Of a stretch of 64,000 bases of DNA, positions 1-13,215 are shown one piece after another. The notes below the pieces were generated by a model that was not told the DNA's origin, searched no databases, and saw nothing but the letters and a program-made list of their open reading frames with translations. This DNA comes from Podarcis liolepis. Its lineage: Eukaryota. Each line of letters starts with the position of its first letter. Position 1 is the first letter of the stretch. Made by a program: the position numbers and the translations under genes. The DNA is taken from assembly GCA_965112155.1 (NCBI GenBank), contig OZ218101.1. One strand, given 5' to 3'.

Positions 1-2729
1 ATACTGGGTGTTTTCATCGCTGTAAAATCCATATACTACACTTTAAATATTGCACTTAGGAAACAGTTTACAGTATCATAATTCAGACCACAGCTATATA
101 ATACCGAACAACCACCACTCGTGGTGAACTGACAGGAATTTGCAGACCCTCGAGGTTTTATAAAACATCTCAAGCTGTTCCAGGTGCTTAGTTTTCAACC
201 ACTATATTGCATTATTAGAAACAGATGAGCATACACACCAACAAATACATGTGTACAATGCATTCATATACACTATCAACACTGATTATAAAAGTAAGCA
301 AAGCAGATGTCTCAACTTTTCAATTCTTTACTAATACTTATGCTGAATTTCACAAACCACTTACTGCAGACTAGCACAACAGGAATTAATCTGAAGTAAT
401 GTGAAGATGACAATGCTACAGTATTTGTCATTTTCTATTAATAAACAATGCATGGATTTAGCAAAGAGCCTGCTAGTTCCAAAATTAGAGGCACAGTCAA
501 AAATTCCCAAAGCTCTCCCTCCCCATGTTACAAAGACTTCTAAACTTTCTTTTCTTCAAAAATACATTATATTTATATTTTTCAAAAAGCTTTTCTTAAA
601 CATCATCTTAAACTTTGAAGAGAAACTTCTTAAAAAAGTTACTTACTCTTCATATACCTTTAATGAACTGAAGAGTTTAAAGAATTCCTCTGCTCTTTAT
701 CCTGACGTGTTTTAAAGCATAGGTTATCACTGTAAACTAAAATGAGACAGTTCAGCTTGTATTGATTTTCTGGTGAGCATAAGCGTACGATTGAACTCAG
801 TGAAACCCTGTTCTGAATGGTGAGCAAGCTAAAAGAAACGTTAAAATGATAATTCCAACATCTTTGCATACTAGGAAAAAAGAAACCAGACTGAAAAGGA
901 ATGTTTCACGTCCACTGTATAAAGTCATTTTGACATGCCTACACAACTGGTTATGGCAGCTTTCAGAGTGATTCCTCGTCACAAAAAAAGAAAGAAAAAT
1001 GCTCCAGGTTCTTTTAGAGAAAGCTCTCCATTGGGAAGTTGATTTTGGCCATGTGCCAAAATCATGTGCAAAAGGGGCCCTCATTACCAATTCATGGCAG
1101 CCTTCAGCGCTAACAAAAAATGTGACCCAACAGGCTAAAGCAACAACAAAAATTAAAATCTAGGAGACAAAGACAACTTACTTAATATTCCCCCCAGAGC
1201 TACATTAAACTTTTTAGTAATTCAAACCCTATTAGTCCAAAGCCATACTGAACAGCTTTTAAATTATCGTCGAGATATTCTGTAAAAGTTGAAAAACACT
1301 CTTTGTAACTCTTCCCAAACTGTAAGACTTCTTGAAAGTATTTTTTATGGGATAGCTGAACTTTCTCTTTCCACATCCATGGCTATGAAATCGTGTTCTA
1401 AACAGGTACAGCTTTGCACACACAGATTTTATAAACTTGGAAACTAAACGGAGTAGTGCAGCATTTTGCCAGCTTTTCAGACAGAGCAAAACAGTTACGG
1501 TGCAAGAATCTCTCTTATTTAGAAAAAAAAAACGTACATGCAAGCAAGGCAGTTTTAAGCAATTGCAATTAACTGAGAACTCACTGCACTGTTTCTCATA
1601 AAAGCAGATTTGATATTCAGCCTTACCTAGATGTCGTCTGGCTTTTCTGTGGATCAAAAAGTTTCCTGCCTAAGCACACAGATATTCTTTCACAACCCAT
1701 AAAGGCCCCTTTTATTAATCCAGCACGGTAACAAACTTCTTTCTGCGCCACACGTTGAGAGCAGGATGCATCAGCTTTCAAGACAGAACGCATTCTTAAT
1801 ACACAAATGTTGGCAGATTGCATAATGCTGGATTTATCTTAAAGAGGGAAAGGCCTTTTTTTTCAAAAAAGCACCAAAAACAAAAAGAGTAAAGAGGGTG
1901 CGGTTAGATGTTAGGCTATCCCTGAGAAAAGGGCCTAGGCTGCTGCACAGGCACCTAAATGCTAGCAGAAGCTTACTGGGAAAGGAGCCAGTGGAATGAC
2001 TTTGTTTGACCCAGCTGCCAATCTCTCCTGAAGCAGTGCGCCAGACTAAACACTGACACTATTTTAACTCAAATCAGGCTACAGCAGCTGTTTGCTTTCC
2101 GGCTTTGAGCTATGCACCATGGCTGTGATGACTCTGCACGGCACTCTATCATGTTAAAATATGTTCCTTGTTTGGTTTTGTCATATAGCAGTCATTATGT
2201 TTAACCACTTCCTCTCCCCCAGTGCAATAAAATAGATGAGCTTATGTGATTGTTGAAACTTCCAGTGAAGAAGAAGGGTTGCCAATGAACACTGGCGATC
2301 TTTAGGACAAGAAGGCAAGTTCCAGAGCCTGGCATACCAGGGATGCAACATAAATGAATTCTGATGTTGAGTGGTGTGCATTCTGTAGTCCACCTCAAAA
2401 CCAAACATATGTGTTATGACATGGTTGAACTTCAATAGTAATATATCTCATCTCCAGTTGAACCTAGATCTTTGCCACTCCTGAGGTTCACTGGGAATTT
2501 ATTAAGGGTTCCTAGAAGAAAAGTCCAATAACTGCAGACAGGTTTGGAAGATATCTGCTTGACTGGTGGCCCAGCTATGCTATTTGGACAAGGATGGCCC
2601 AACTTTTGTTGCCTATGCTCTGGTAACCTCTAGGTTAGATTACTGGTCAGAAGCTGTAGAAGGTACAGAAGTCAACAGCCAGGGTGCTCACTGGGGCAAG
2701 ACAGTGTGAGCACATAAAACCACCCCTAG

Positions 2730-3072
2730 CCTGACTACACTGGCTAATAATTCATTTCCAGCTCAATTCAGAGTGATTGTTTTGGCCTATGAAGCCTTAT
2801 AGGACCCCTATACCGCAAGGACCACCTCTCACAATATGAGCCGGTTTCAGACCCTGAAATTGTTATTCTGAGGTCCAGGCAAAAACATTTCTTTTCACCC
2901 AGGCCTTTGGTCCTTAGTTTGGAAGCTTTTAAAATCTTTGTGGCATCTTCTAGTGGAGTAGGATCTACTAGACCTATCTTATATTTGTATATGTGTTGTT
3001 GTTTTTAGGTTTTTACTGACTGTGTGTTATAAGTTACTTTGAGTCATTTTATGAGTAATGCGACTAATAAAT
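2730..3072 (+). mobile_element. Degenerate L2 LINE 3' fragment
   Basis: Decayed L2 ORF2 C-terminal codons (LHWL...AQFRVIVLAYEAL...KTFLFTQAF) followed by a T-rich 3' UTR and AATAAA-like tail; resembles the L2 copies at 5131 and 61048. Confidence 0.6.
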
Positions 3073-4524
3073 AAAATGATACTGATACTTTTGTTGATTA
3101 CCACCAAACCACATAAATTACAAAGCCAGTGGGGTTTTTTAAGTTTTACATTTGCTAAACTTTTGCTGTGGACTACTTGATCAGGTCAAGCAGCCTGCTG
3201 GGGAACACAGAACCAAACCTGAAAACAGTCCATCATGAGTATGAGGTGAATGGTGCAATCTGGAAAGAGTACAAATCAGTTTCCAGAAATAACAGTACAG
3301 GTGGTCAGAGGAAGACAGTATAAGGCAGGCAAGAAAACAGATCACAAGGACAACAACCCTATGTTTGAAGGGCCAGATGGCAATAGCCCAAGTGAAGCAA
3401 GACAAGACAAAGATACCTCTAGGGCACCTACTTTTTATGATGTTGATGTATGGTTAACCAGGCTCCTTTTGGCTTCTTAGTTCTTGGCCTTGCTGGCTAA
3501 ATTAACTACTATACTTCTTTCTGGACACTATCTGGATGGTTCTGCAGCACAACAAAGATCAGACCAATAGCTCCTCTGCCTGATAACTGCTGCACTGTCA
3601 CAGAGAAAAAGGCACCTGGGCCACCTGCCAGAATCCTAGTGCTTATACATCTCTCTCTTTGGTCAATATATTCTCTCTGTACTGTACATGAGACTGGCCT
3701 TTGAAAATAGTTCGGAAGCTTCAATTAGAGCAGTTGACTAACTGTTGAATGGTTTGGGATGGACACATCATGTAATACCAAATCTGTTACACCTACATTG
3801 GCTGACTGTACACTTTTATTTTTTATTTTGTTTTGGAAAAATAGGTGCCAGTACTCACCATGAAGTTGTTACGGTGCCACACTTTTTAACAACAGCAAAA
3901 GAGGTGCCAGTACTGCGTGCCCTTGAGTACCCCCTAATAATACTAACACTGCTTCTAAGCCCAATTCAGAGTGCTGGTTTTGATATAAATCTCTTTATAT
4001 CTCAGGGCCCCAATATCTTCTGGAACAGCTTGTCCTGCCCTGCCCTGATATGGCCTTAATAACACAAGAAACTGCAATTTCATGTTATGTCCAAACTCTA
4101 AACTGTGGTCAGTGGTTTGGGTTCGCATGCATTGTGAAACAGTAGTTAGTTAAAAATAAAAACAAAAGCTTCCAAGATTTGGGTAGCTGACAATGGAGAG
4201 GGAGTTGATGAGCCGAAGGCTCATTCACATAAAGAAATATAGTACTCCAGACTACTTTTCAGCAAGCTCTTGATGTTTTTTGACACTGGCCACTGCGCAT
4301 ATACATGAGGATAGTAGACAATAAAGGTAATGTGCTTCAGAAATAGTTTGAGAATAAATTCACATTACATAGTTTGTTGAGACAACTGCAGTTCTCACCT
4401 CACAGCTTGCTTATATGAATCTATCAGCACCAACAAGATATAATATTGCCAAAACTTTCTTTTCATAGTGTCAATATTGCACAATTTAAGAACTAATGTT
4501 ATTATATATACTTTTGAAAAAACA

Positions 4525-4614
4525 GCACACTCCTAAGCATGTTTATTCAGAGATAAGGCCCACTGAGTTCAATGGAAATTACTCACTGGTAAAGGATGTT
4601 TAGGATTGCAGCCT
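4525..4614. repeat. ~90-bp palindromic squamate MITE-like repeat
   Basis: Imperfect palindrome ending TAGGATTGCAGCC with central CCCACTGAGTTCAATGG; related copies near 17460-17540, 22610-22696, 23062-23145 and 36735-36815. Confidence 0.6.
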
Positions 4615-5130
4615 AACAGGCATTTCAATATTTGCTTTACATAATGAGGCTTGTGAAAGTAAAACCGAGAATTTAAAACTAAATGCTTTCCTTGCAAAGT
4701 TTAAATAACCCATCAGTCTTCTAACATATGTCCCTTTGACTTGTGCTATGTTGAATTTTAAAATAGTTTTAGTCTAGAAAGTCAACATATATATAAATAG
4801 AGAGAGAGAGAAGAAATCTTCACCATCAAAACTGAAAGAAACTGAAGAAGTTTCATTTTTCTCCCTAGACTCATCTTTTGAACTTGATAAAACCTACTGG
4901 TATTTGGCTATTATTATTATTAATTGCATTTGTTACTCACTTTTTCCAAATCTTCTCAAATGACTGAACAAGATAAAATACAAATAGAGAAATACAAATA
5001 GAGGACATTTTAGAACAATGTTTTATAAATCCTTGCAGATTAGTAAAGTGCACAGCATTTTTTAAAATTAAGATTTGTGCAGTTCATTTTTTTTCTTGCC
5101 TCCCACCCCAACAAAGATTTCATAGAATCA

Positions 5131-5561
5131 TGGCCTAGGACCCTCGTACCTACGGGACCGCCTCTCCTGGTATGCCCCACGGAGAGCCTCAAGGTCCATA
5201 AATAGCAACACCCTAGTGGTCCTGGGCCCTAAGGAAGTAAGATTAGCTTCAACCAGAGCCAGGGCCTTTTCAACACTGGCTCCAGCCTGGTGGAACACTC
5301 TGCCTCATGAGACCAGGGCCCTGCAGGATCTGATTTCTTTCCGCAGGGCCTGTAAGACAGAGTTGTTCCGCCTGGCCTTTGGCTTGGAGCCAGTTTGATT
5401 CCCTCCCTCTTTCTTTTTTCTTTTTCCTTTCTCCTCCTGTGATGAGGCTGCATTTTAATATTATATTGTTTCAATATTTTAATGTTGTACTTTAATCTTG
5501 TTTTTAAGTTGTATTCATTCAACTTGTTTTTATTATTGCTTGCTAGCTGCCCTGAGCCTGG
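5131..5561 (+). mobile_element. L2 LINE 3' fragment (end of ORF2 plus 3' UTR)
   Basis: ORF 5216-5398 (RLASTRARAFSTLAPAWWNTLP...FRRACKTELFRLAF) is L2 ORF2 C-terminus; closely similar to the 45723-46100 translation. Confidence 0.85.
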
Positions 5562-5620
5562 CCTCCTCCTCCTCCTCCTCCTCCTCCTCCTCCTCCTCCT
5601 CCTTCTTCTTCTTCTTCTTC
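5562..5620. repeat. (CCT)n(CTT)n microsatellite
   Basis: Directly visible trinucleotide run at the L2 3' end; explains the poly-R/L/S ORFs in the track. Confidence 0.95.
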
Positions 5621-6090
5621 GGTTGGAAGGGACCCCAGTGTCATCTAGTCCAACCCTCTGCAATGCAGGAATCTCAACTATGACAAAGGGCCTTCCAATG
5701 AAGGGGGATCCACCACCTCATGTGGGAGTCTGTTCTAGTGTTGAACAGCTCTTACCCTCAGAAAGTTCTTCCTGATATTAAGTTGGAATCTCCATGTGAC
5801 AGCCCTTTAGATATTTGGAGATAGTTTGCATATCTCTTCTTTGTTAATATCCTTCTTAAATTGTTGTTCCCAGAACTGAACACAGTACTCCAGGTGTGGC
5901 CTGACCAAGGCAGAATAGAGTGGTACTATTACTTCCCTTGATTGGGACACTATACCTCTGCTGATGCAACCTTGAATAGCATTGGGGGTGGTTTTCTTTG
6001 CTGCTGCATCACACTTAATACTCATGTAAGGTGGTGGTCCACTAAGAACCCTCCTCAATCATTTTCACATGTACAACTGGCAAGCCAGAT
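5621..6090 (-). mobile_element. CR1 LINE 3' fragment, degenerate
   Basis: ORF 5807-6058 contains [24 protein letters not shown], typical of CR1 ORF2; the tail unit CATAGAATCA lies at 5121, on the far side of the L2 insert. Confidence 0.85.
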
Positions 6091-6404
6091 GTCCTCTCTT
6101 GCAAACCTAAGCTCATTCTGAGCTTTCAAGACTGAGATATTCACAGTAAAAATAATGGGGGAAAACAACTACTATAATGTAAGTCAAACATTTGACAGTA
6201 GACCTTTAAGATTTCAGTTTTGAAATCTAGGAAAATAGAGTAAGATAAGGTGTGTGTAATAAATCTAGGACTTACATTATTTATGTGAAATGAAGTGTAC
6301 TGGTTAATGTTTACTTGTTATGCTTCATAGACAGGAAGCTGCAGAATGATGCATAAACTGGAAGTGGTGATTTATTTCTTTTGACATCTTTGGGATTGCA
6401 ACAG

Positions 6405-6560
6405 CATAGGACGCTGCCTTATAATCAGGCAGACCATTGGTCCATCTACCTCAGTATTGTCCACCCTGAAGGGCAATGGCTCTCCAAGTTTTCAGAAGGA
6501 AGACATTCCCACACTTACCTGGAGATGTCAGGGATAGAGCCTACCACTCGGTTATGGCCA
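6405..6560 (-). mobile_element. tRNA-derived SINE with CR1-like tail (Squam3-like)
   Basis: Reverse-strand tRNA-like head (GGAGATGTCAGGGATAGAGCC...CCACTCGGTTATGGCC) and ATAGGA.GCTGCCTTAT tail shared with copies at 39243, 43619 and 49820. Confidence 0.6.
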
Positions 6561-7779
6561 TTTCCTTTAATTGTCAGTAATACTGCCTGAAAGCGCACAA
6601 ATGAAAAATAAAAATACCGTAACTGTAGCTGTTAAGACTGAGCTAAAGCAACTCCTGAGTTTGCATTTAGGCCATACTTTGCGGAGGGCTACAAAGCATT
6701 CACCCCTTGTGCAAGGAGCACACCCTTGTATTGCTTAAGCAAGTAGGAGAATTTGCCTTTTTCCTATGCTGCAATGTGAAGATAAGCCACATATCACCAC
6801 AGCACATCATGCATGGCAAGAGAAGGAGAAACACCTAGGAAAAATAAGGGCACATCCCCTCATTTCCCAGACTGCAGTGGTTTCATTGGTCAGTACTTTG
6901 ATGGCTTCATAGGCACAGCACCAGAAGTGAGGGAGCACATTCCTAAATTGCCTAGGCAACAAAATGAGGCTCCCCTTGTGAGACCATTACATAAACTAGT
7001 AGCAATAGGATTGGTTATTTGATAGACATGCTGTGGAAGCTACCTAACCTTGCCGTTGTTGTTTTTTAAATTTGTCTTTATTAAAGATTTTCTTGGTTTA
7101 CAAAAGTACATGCCTGCTCTATTTTTTTTTCAGGTTGCACAGTCCTTCTTGCAAATCAGTTACATTTGTTGTGAGACATTAGTGTTGAGTATAGTATAAG
7201 GTTGGGGGGAGGGGAGGTGATGTGATGAGGCTTATATTCTTTTGTATAGTGTATGTGTGGGGTTTTGTGTCAGTTGAGCAGTCCATGATGTCCTTTCAGT
7301 AAGATGTGATGCTGATCTAATAAAAAGTATCACCCACTGAATCCTAGTTACTGCCTCTGCATCTGCCTTTAGTCTCTACGGCCAAAGGGGAAGGGAAGCC
7401 AATAAAATGATTCAAATATAGATTAGCCGCAGTCAAGCAGTAGACAAACAAAATTTTCTTGGCAGCTAGCTACTATTATAATGGAAGGACAGGAAGTATA
7501 TTTTAAATATCTCCCCTTTTGTATGTCTCCTCTTCCTCCTTTTGAACCTGCAACACAACATTAAACAAGACATACCTGAGCATCCCACTTTGATATGCCA
7601 TGGGAATGTGGAGAACTGACAGGAAGGAAAGGGGTGGAGGTGGAGGTGGCCTTTATGCACATCAAATCTGATGCCGTGATAAATATATGTGACAAGGATT
7701 GTGTTGCATTGGCCACAGATACTTAATACGGGGTACCTCAAGGACAATTTTGAAGAGGTTGCTATAAAAATACAGTAGA

Positions 7780-10700
7780 ATCATAGAATCATAGAATCAT
7801 AGAGTTGGAAGAGACCACAAGGGCCATCGAGTCCAACCCCCTGCCAAGCAGGAAACACCATCAGAGCATTCCTGACATATGGTTGTCAAGCCTCTGCTTA
7901 AAGACCTCCAAAGTAGGAGACTCCACCACACTCCTGGGCAGCAAATTCCACTGTCAAACAGCTCTTACTGTCAGGAAGTTCTTCCTAATGTTTAGGTGGA
8001 ATCTTCTTTCTTGTAGTTTGGATCCATTGCTCCGTGTCCGCTTCTCTGGAGCAGCAGAAAACAACCTTTCTCCCTCCTCTATGTGACATCCTTTTATATA
8101 TTTGAACATGGCTATCATATCACCCCTTAACCTTCTCTTCTCCAGGCTAAACATGCCCAGCTCCCTTAGCCGTTCCTCATAAGGCATCGTTTCCAGGCCT
8201 TTGACCATTTTGGTTGCCCTCCTCTGGACACATTCCAGTTTGTCAGTGTCCTTCTTGAATTGTGGTGCCCAGAACTGGACACAGTACTCCAGGTGAGGTC
8301 TGACCAGAGCAGAATACAGTGGCACTATTACTTCCCTTGATCTAGATGCTATGCTCCTATTGATGCAGCCCAGAATTGCATTGGCTTTTTTAGCTGCCGC
8401 GTCACACTGTTGGCTCATGTCAAGTTTGTGGTCAACCAAGACTCCAAGATCCTTTTCACATGTACTGCTCTCAAGCCAGGTGTCACCCATCTTGTATTTG
8501 TGCCTCTCATTTTTTTTGCCCAAGTGCAATACTTTACATTTCTCCCTGTTAAAATTCATCTTGTTTGCTTTTGCCCAGTTCTCTAATCTGTCAAGGTCGT
8601 TTTGAAGTGTGATCCTGTCCTCTGGGGTGTTAGCCACCCCTCCCAGTTTGGTGTCATCTGCAAATTTGATCAGGATGCCCTTGAGTCCATCATCCAAGTC
8701 GTTGATAAAGATGTTGAATAAGACCGGGCCCAAGACAGAACCCTGTGGCACCCCACTAGTCACTCTTCTCCAGGATGAAGAGGAACCATTGATGAGCACC
8801 CTTTGGGTTCGGTCAGTCAGCCAGTTACAAATCCACTGAGTGGTAGCATAGTCAAGACCGCATTTTACCAGCTTCTTTACAAGAATATCATGGGGCACCT
8901 TGTCAAATGCCTTGCTGAAATCAAGGTAGGCTACATCCACTGCGTTCCCTTCATCTACCAGGCTTGTAATTCTGTCAAAAAACGAGATCAGGTTAGTCTG
9001 ACATGACTTATTTTTCAGAAATCCATGCTGACTGTTGGTGATCACAGCATTCCTTTCTAGGTGCTCACAGACTGTTTGCTTAATGATCTGCTCCAGAATC
9101 TTCCCTGGTATTGATGTCAGACTGACTGGGCGGTAATTATTTGGGTCCTCTCTTTTCCCCTTTTTGAAAATAGGGACAACATTTGCCCTCCTCCAGTCTG
9201 CCGGGACTTCGCCTGTTCTCCAGGAATTCTCAAAGATGACTGCCAGTGGTTCTGAGATCACATCTGCCAGTTCTTTTAATACTCTTGGATGCAGTTCATC
9301 TGGCCCTGGAGACTTGAACACATCTAAACTAGCCAAGTATTCTTGTACTATCTCCTTAGTTATTCTGGGCTGTGTTTCCTCTGCTGAATCATTTGCTCCA
9401 AATTCTTCAGGTCGGGCATTGTTTTCTTTATCGGAGAAGACTGAGGCAAAGAAGGCATTGAGGAGTTCAGACCTTTCTGTGTCCCCTGTTTGCATTTCAC
9501 CATCTTCTCCTCTGAGTGACCCCACTGTTTCTTTGTTCTTTTGCTACGAACATACCCATAAAAGCCTTTTTTGTTGCTTTTAACCTCTCTAGCAAGCCTG
9601 AGTTCATTCTGTGCTTTAGCTTTTCTGACTTTGTGTCCACACGTGCTGGCTTTTTGTTTGAATTCCTCTTTGGTGGTTTCCCCCCTTTTCCATTTTTTGT
9701 ACACATCCTTTTTTAATCTTAACTCAGTTAAAAGTTCTTTAGATAGCCACCCTGGCTTCTTTAAGCACCTTCCATGTTTCCGTCTCATTGGTATTGCCTG
9801 ACCTTGTGCTTTTACTATCTCCCTCTTAACAAACTCCCAGCCATCATGAACTCCCTTTCCTTTTAGTAATACTGTCCATGGGATCTCACCCAGCACTTCC
9901 CTAAGTTTTATGAAGTCGGCTTTCTTAAAGTCAAGAAATTGAGTCCTAGTATGCTTGGCTGCTCCTTTCCGCTGTATAGTAAACTTTAGAAGAGCATGAT
10001 CACTCGCGCCTAATGATCCTTCCACTTCTACCCCACTAACCAGGTCATCAACATTGGTTAGGACCAGATCTAAAATGGCTGTTCCTCTTGTTGCTTCTCT
10101 CACTTTCTGGACAATGAAGTTGTCTGCAAGGCCAGTGAGGAATCTGTTTGACCTTATGCTCTTGGCTGAGTTTGACATCCAACAAATATCCGGGTAATTG
10201 AAGTCCCCCATTACTACTATCTCCCTTCCTTTTGCATGCTTGGCCATCTGTTCCAGGAAGGCATCATCTATGTCCTCCGTTTGGCTTGGGGATCTATAGT
10301 AAACTCCCACAATGAGGTCTCTGTTATTCTTCTCTCCCTTAATTTTGACCCAAATGCTCTCACTTTGGCTTTGAGGTTCTAAATCTTGGATTTCTTCACA
10401 GGTATACACATCCCTGACATATAACGCCACTCCTCCTCCTTTCTTGTCTGGTCTGTTTCTCTGAAATAGATTGTATCCCCCCATTATTACATTCCAATCA
10501 TGGGACTTATCCCACCAGGTTTCAGTGATGCCTATTATGTCATATTTAGTTTGCTGTACCAAGAGCTCAAGCTCATCTTGTTTATTTCCCATGCTTTGCA
10601 CATTAGTGTACAGACATTGAAGTCCATTAATCATTCCCCCGTGTCTCTTATTTAAGGATTTTTTCCTCCCACCACTAGGTCTGCGTGCTGCTTGCTCCAT

Positions 10701-10826
10701 TTGGTCTATGACATTTGGATGATCATCTTCATCAATTGATAGACTCCTACCTTCAGGAGCACTGTCTCCCTCCCCCACATTAGTCAGTTTAAAGCCCTTT
10801 AAAGCCCATTAGTCAGTTTAAAGCCC
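7780..10826 (-). mobile_element. CR1 LINE, 5'-truncated at the ORF1 stop, near-complete ORF2
   Basis: APE endonuclease (GITETWW, MGDFNYPDI, LGASDH) and RT ([15 protein letters not shown]) motifs; (ATTCTATG)n tail at 7777-7803; possible CAGTAG TSD at 7774-7779 and 10826-10831. Confidence 0.97.
7861..10778 (-). pseudogene. CR1 ORF2 (endonuclease-reverse transcriptase) with one frameshift (~9540) and one premature stop (7954)
   Basis: ORFs 9360-10778 (EN) and 7954-9525 (RT) overlap in different frames; beyond the TGA at 7954-7956 the frame continues QWNLLPRSVVESPTLEVFKQRLDNHMSGML* to 7861. Confidence 0.9.
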
Positions 10827-11104
10827 AGTAGGAACTAGGAACTTGGAAATCCAGTTCAATCGTCTTTCAAAATTATAGAAAACAGTCTCAACATTCATGA
10901 GTGAGAACTTAGAGAATGTTGTACTAATGTGCAAACAGACTTGCCAAATGCTTCCCAGAAATTTAAATATGGTCTGCAGTAAATCTGGAAGTACAATTAT
11001 TATAAAAGCAAATTCAATAACCTAAATGGTTTTTTAAAAACAACAACAGATTTTTAAAACATGTAGTTATGAACACAACAGTAAGATAGCCTTTTAAGCA
11101 GAAC

Positions 11105-11237
11105 TAATCAATGTGGTGCCCTCCAGATGTTGCTAGACTACATTTCCCAACATTCCCAGTCAGAGGCTATGCTAATTGGGACTGATGGGAGTTTGAGTAC
11201 AACAAAAATCTGGAGAGCACCTTGTTAGCCACCCCTG
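11105..11237. mobile_element. ~130-bp palindromic hAT-like MITE
   Basis: Inverted arms GTGCCCTCCAGATGTTG...AAAATCTGGAGAGCAC; other copies at 44128-44262, 22133-22222 and pieces at 16470-16550 and 17030-17090. Confidence 0.65.
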
Positions 11238-11263
11238 CTCTAAAGTAAGAAACATGTTCTGCT

Positions 11264-12090
11264 TTAAATGGGCGCAAGACATAGGCCATGACATTATGTT
11301 GGAAGATTGGGAAAGGTTATGGAAAATAGTCAAAATTAGCAGACTGTTCTTTATTGAAAGAAAATTACATGAAAATGATGTATAGATGGTATATAACACC
11401 AGCACAGTTAGGGAAAATGTATAAAACTGGCTCAAATTTGTGTTGGAAATGAAAGGAAAAAGAAGGGACTTTTTACCATATGTGGTGGGATTGTAGTAAA
11501 ATTAAAATGTTCTGGGAAATGATATATAATGAGTTAAAGAAAATGTTTCATTTAACATTTGTGAAAAAGCCCGAAGCTTTCTTATTAGAGATTATGGGAA
11601 AAGACCTGCCAAAGAAATTTTAAAAACATTTTTATGTACACGACAATGTCGGCAAGAGTCTTAATAGTACAAGGATGGAAGAATGAGGAAATCCCGACGA
11701 AAAACTATGGACTATGCGGAATTGGCAAAATTGACACACAAACTACGTGACAAGCATAACTGTGATTTTAAAGATGAATGGGAACCTTTTACGAAATACT
11801 TAAAGAAGCAACAAAATGAATTGGACTCTTTGGCAGGTTTTGAATAAGCATTCACAAACTCTTTATTGTAATATATAGATAGATAATCTGAGGATCTTTA
11901 CAATTTTACAATATGCAGACAGAAAGATGTGTTGAGAAACCAGAGAAAGGAGCTGAGGGAAGTCCGGGGTGGGTCGGTTGGGTTTTCTGTTTGGGGTGGG
12001 GAAAGGAGGGGGGAAACAGTGTGGATGATGTATTTTTGTTTAAATTACTATGTTGAAATATCTAATAAAAATTTAATAAAGAAAGAAATT
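11264..12090 (+). mobile_element. 5'-truncated L1 LINE (ORF2 C-terminus, 3' UTR, poly-A)
   Basis: Decayed L1 ORF2 C-terminal zinc knuckle (CWK...GTFYHMWWDC), G-rich 3' UTR, AATAAA at 12064; perfect 13-bp TSD AACATGTTCTGCT at 11251-11263 and 12091-12103. Confidence 0.9.
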
Positions 12091-12984
12091 AACATGTTCT
12101 GCTGATAGGACTCTTCTTGGGGTGGGGGCAAACTGACAAAATAAAACAGACTTGTTTGTAGATGAAATAAATAACTACAAATTTTATACATACAATAAAA
12201 ATGCTACAGTCTTAATCATCTGAAAATAAAAATGCATGTCAATTGACATGACAGCTCACAACCTGCATAACCCCAAACCTTATTATTTTTATAAGAAAAT
12301 TTGGGGATGTAGAAATGAATATAAAAAGATTTTAAAAGAAAAGGTTGTGTGCATGCTGGCATGCATCCCCCCAAAACACTGCTCCTTATAGAATGTTAGA
12401 AAAGGGTCCCTTACTCCTGTCAATCAAATGTTAAGCTCCTCTGAGCAAAGATCTATCTCAAGCCTAGTTCCTTTGTTGTTTAAATTGGTGAGTTGGGTAT
12501 AGTATCAACTTCCACCCCTGGGATTCTCCAAAGTTATGGACCCGGAATAATGAACCTGAAATGAGGCAAGTATTGTGTACAATATACTTCAGTGTTTATA
12601 TGTGTATAAATTAATTATTTTCTGACAAAAAGGTTACTTTATTTGAATTATGAATTTTTACAGTAAAATTAACTGGATTCAGTCAATATGATCAAAGTCA
12701 TATTTCTCTACAATTTGAGATACTTAATTTTTGTCCCACCATCAATCAGACATTTTAGAGCTCAAAATTAAGATTCCAATGTACTAGGGTTCAAAATTGC
12801 AATACTAGGGTTCAAGTTAATTTAGCCCCACTGTCTTCATTTGATATTACTAGTAGTAGGGCCTTGTAGATCAGGCTGTTGAGTGTGTCCACTTTCTTTG
12901 GAGTCTAAAAGCATTTTAAATCACCTAATCAAAATGTTTGCGTTCCTGCTTGCAAAATTATTATATTTTAATTGGTGTTTGATT

Positions 12985-13215
12985 TGGCCCCATCTGCACT
13001 ATGCATTCAAAACAGTATCATACCACTTTAAACAGTCATTGTTCCCCCCCCCCAAAGAATCATGGGAACTATAGTTTGTTAAAGGTGTTGAGAGTTGTTA
13101 GGAGAACCATATTCCCCTCACAATCTGTCATTTAACAGCCTAATTGTCTTCCCAGGAAGCTCTAGGAACCGTAGCTCTGCAAAGGAAATAGGGGTCTCCT
13201 AACAATTCTCAGCAA
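12985..13215. mobile_element. Harbinger-like non-autonomous DNA transposon fragment
   Basis: Shares AAAACAGTATCATACCACTTTAAAC and GGGTCTCCTAACA with the copy at 28565-28870; superfamily assignment tentative. Confidence 0.55.

Noticed and set aside
3167-3740. Possible old solo LTR (similar texture at 2450-2730, 13225-13560, 22215-22860)
   Set aside because: No clear termini, TSD or second copy; cannot be supported without a repeat library.
5229-5775. Poly-Arg, poly-Leu and poly-Ser ORFs
   Set aside because: Translations of the (CCT)n(CTT)n microsatellite and flanking LINE fragments.
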